From Epithemia pelagica (taxonomy: Eukaryota > Protista > Bacillariophyta): a DNA stretch of 64,000 bases. Below the pieces are notes generated by a model, which saw nothing but the letters and a program-made list of their open reading frames with translations, made no database searches and had not been told where the DNA came from. Positions 62,356 through 64,000 of this stretch are shown here, one piece after another (within the stretch, counting starts at the first letter, position 1; every line of letters starts with the position of its first letter). The DNA lies in NCBI GenBank assembly GCA_946965045.2, contig OX337232.1, positions 3,782,001 through 3,846,000 on the forward strand, given 5' to 3'. The translations under genes were made by a program, and so were the position numbers.

Positions 62356-63739
62356 CCGGTTCTACGTCGCGTCGCGAAATACCATGGTAGAAGAATCGGA
62401 TCAAGACCGTCTGGTGGCTGAGACTTGGAGGAGTCGCACCAGAGACCGTCGGGAGGATTTCAATCAAGCACGAGCCGGCGATCACATGGTCACGCCGTTC
62501 GAATGCGATTTGTGCGTGTTCCGGAAACTGCGACAAGAGGAGCCGGACCCGCAAAACCTAAAAGACCAGTACCTTCTCACTTGCATAAGACGAATGAACT
62601 TGGACGCCTTTTGGAGCAGGGCCACGAGTACGGTCATGCAGAACACGAGGAATGCAAAAACGATGATAGAAAAATCCAAGAAAGTTGGGATTCCATTCGG
62701 ACCCTTCAGAAGCCCTGGTCCGTTCCCTAATTACGACCATTGTGGCTATCATGTGGCTTTCTTAATGCTGGATGCGTCGTTGGATCAAGGAAAGTATCAT
62801 CGAGACAGAAAGCAGTTTGATACGATACGAAAATTTCGCTCTACCTATTCAAATCATGTGAGAGCAACGGCTTCTACGTTGGTAAACGGCCATCCGTTGG
62901 TGCTTACAGACAACAATGGAAAGGCCTTTTCCCGAATGGGTCAGGATGAGAGCGGTTCGTTATGGTTCTCCAGATTTGTGGAAGGATGTCGACGTCGAAT
63001 GGGCCAAGATTGGCGACCTGATCAGGCTGTGACCAGTGAGCTAATGCTAGCCTTGTTGGGCTCAATCGAAGAGGAGATTGTGGAGAACCGAGAAGAACAC
63101 GACGCGTTCTTCCTTGTTCTTGCTGGCACCTTCTTCGCTACGTCGTACGTTTTGTCGTTACGAGGCCCGGAAGGTTTGCTGCTGGACTTGAATGCGCTTG
63201 TAAAGTACATGGATCTTTACAGGCAACGAAACTGTATTGTGGTTGGGTTGTGGGGGCAGTTCAAAGGAGAGCATATGGAACGCTCACACCTTTTGCCATG
63301 TTGCGACGAGACCAGCAGTGGAATAAAGATAAGACGATGGATAAATCGGGCAGTTTGCCTGTCCCAGGAGATGGGACGATGGTCGGGACCATTGATGCTC
63401 AATCGCAATGGGACCCCCATCACATCAAGAGCTTTGGACGACACTCTTCATCGTCACTTGATAAAAATCTTCGTTGAGCGGAGGGACCTTTTCCCGCTTG
63501 CTGCCATCAAAGACGAAGAGGACATTATATCAAGATACCCAGTCTTTCGATCCTTCCGGAGAGGATCAAATACGAGAGCCAAAGAAATTGGCGTTGCCAC
63601 TCCAGACGTTGATACAGTCAACCGCTGGAGAACGAAAGAAAATGCGGGCACAAACAAGCCAGGAGCCAGGATAGACCACATGTACGCCGATCTAAACTTG
63701 CTTGTGGGTCCGTTCTTGAGGTACACTTGGTCCATGTGA
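62144..63739 (+). CDS. Tyrosine recombinase with an N-terminal Cys-rich zinc finger
   Basis: SLRGPEG (catalytic R), RSFRRG (HxxR box with H replaced by R), NRWR, HMYAD (catalytic Y). Upstream CAKC...C...CAPCRSAWCPEC. Confidence 0.85.
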   Translation: MVLFFRLSGHSHGNSEEHRRCSQWIGNCAKCGKKIPWVDGIFCANFAYSVGKCAPCRSAWCPECYSLSDDDRFYVASRNTMVEESDQDRLVAETWRSRTRDRREDFNQARAGDHMVTPFECDLCVFRKLRQEEPDPQNLKDQYLLTCIRRMNLDAFWSRATSTVMQNTRNAKTMIEKSKKVGIPFGPFRSPGPFPNYDHCGYHVAFLMLDASLDQGKYHRDRKQFDTIRKFRSTYSNHVRATASTLVNGHPLVLTDNNGKAFSRMGQDESGSLWFSRFVEGCRRRMGQDWRPDQAVTSELMLALLGSIEEEIVENREEHDAFFLVLAGTFFATSYVLSLRGPEGLLLDLNALVKYMDLYRQRNCIVVGLWGQFKGEHMERSHLLPCCDETSSGIKIRRWINRAVCLSQEMGRWSGPLMLNRNGTPITSRALDDTLHRHLIKIFVERRDLFPLAAIKDEEDIISRYPVFRSFRRGSNTRAKEIGVATPDVDTVNRWRTKENAGTNKPGARIDHMYADLNLLVGPFLRYTWSM

Positions 63740-64000
63740 TTGTCCAGTCGAGATTCTCGGTGGAGGGGGTTTTGGTTCCTACAAGTTGAGAGAAAGCCGA
63801 CATGGCAAGGCGTTTTCTCTTCTTGATTGTTGGTTTATGGGTTTGTTCCGTCACAGTCTGCTGTCCCTTGCCCCCTTTGCGATTGCATGGTGCTACCTGA
63901 TTGCGTTGGGGGAATCCAGGGGAACAAACAGGAGTCTCGACATGGTTCATCTACCCGTGGCTGATAAATTGGTACTCTTAGCTGGTTACGAAACACCGGC

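Larger units (their letters stand above)
55996..63739 (+). mobile_element. DIRS-like tyrosine-recombinase retrotransposon (termini undefined; may extend beyond the window)
   Basis: gag-like ORF, RT-RNase H-MT ORF and an overlapping YR ORF in DIRS order. No integrase, no LTR found. Confidence 0.88.

Overview
Eukaryotic nuclear DNA, most likely from a pennate diatom. This is inferred from signal peptide + 'AF' bipartite plastid-targeting N-termini, low-complexity CAA/GAC-rich genes and diatom-type transposons. About 45% of the window is mobile DNA: (1) a four-gene PIF/Harbinger-like (PHIS) DNA transposon with ~0.7-kb TIRs carrying (TCCACAAA)n arrays (11984-26143); (2) nested inside it, a very young Ty1/Copia element (16215-24596; 783-bp LTRs, CAGGT TSD) whose PBS matches a half tRNA-Asn; (3) a two-ORF CRE-like non-LTR element with a restriction-like endonuclease (~43358-50501); (4) a DIRS-like tyrosine-recombinase retroelement (55996-63739+). 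In the DIRS-like element, gag and pol are in one frame separated by UGA-CGG plus a 16-bp stem-loop, and a C5-methyltransferase-like remnant precedes the RT. Host genes: an SGTA-like double-TPR protein, a secreted GDSL-like pseudoenzyme, a cytochrome P450, a 5'-truncated DEX1-like gene, a plant-type tRNA ligase fused to an MJ1316 domain, a GT32/Caps_synth glycosyltransferase and several hypothetical proteins. The most unexplained element is a ~190-nt intergenic rod-like fold (26670-26862) containing four copies of the same 5x5 internal-loop module. All calls were made by eye from motifs; no database searches or folding calculations were run.
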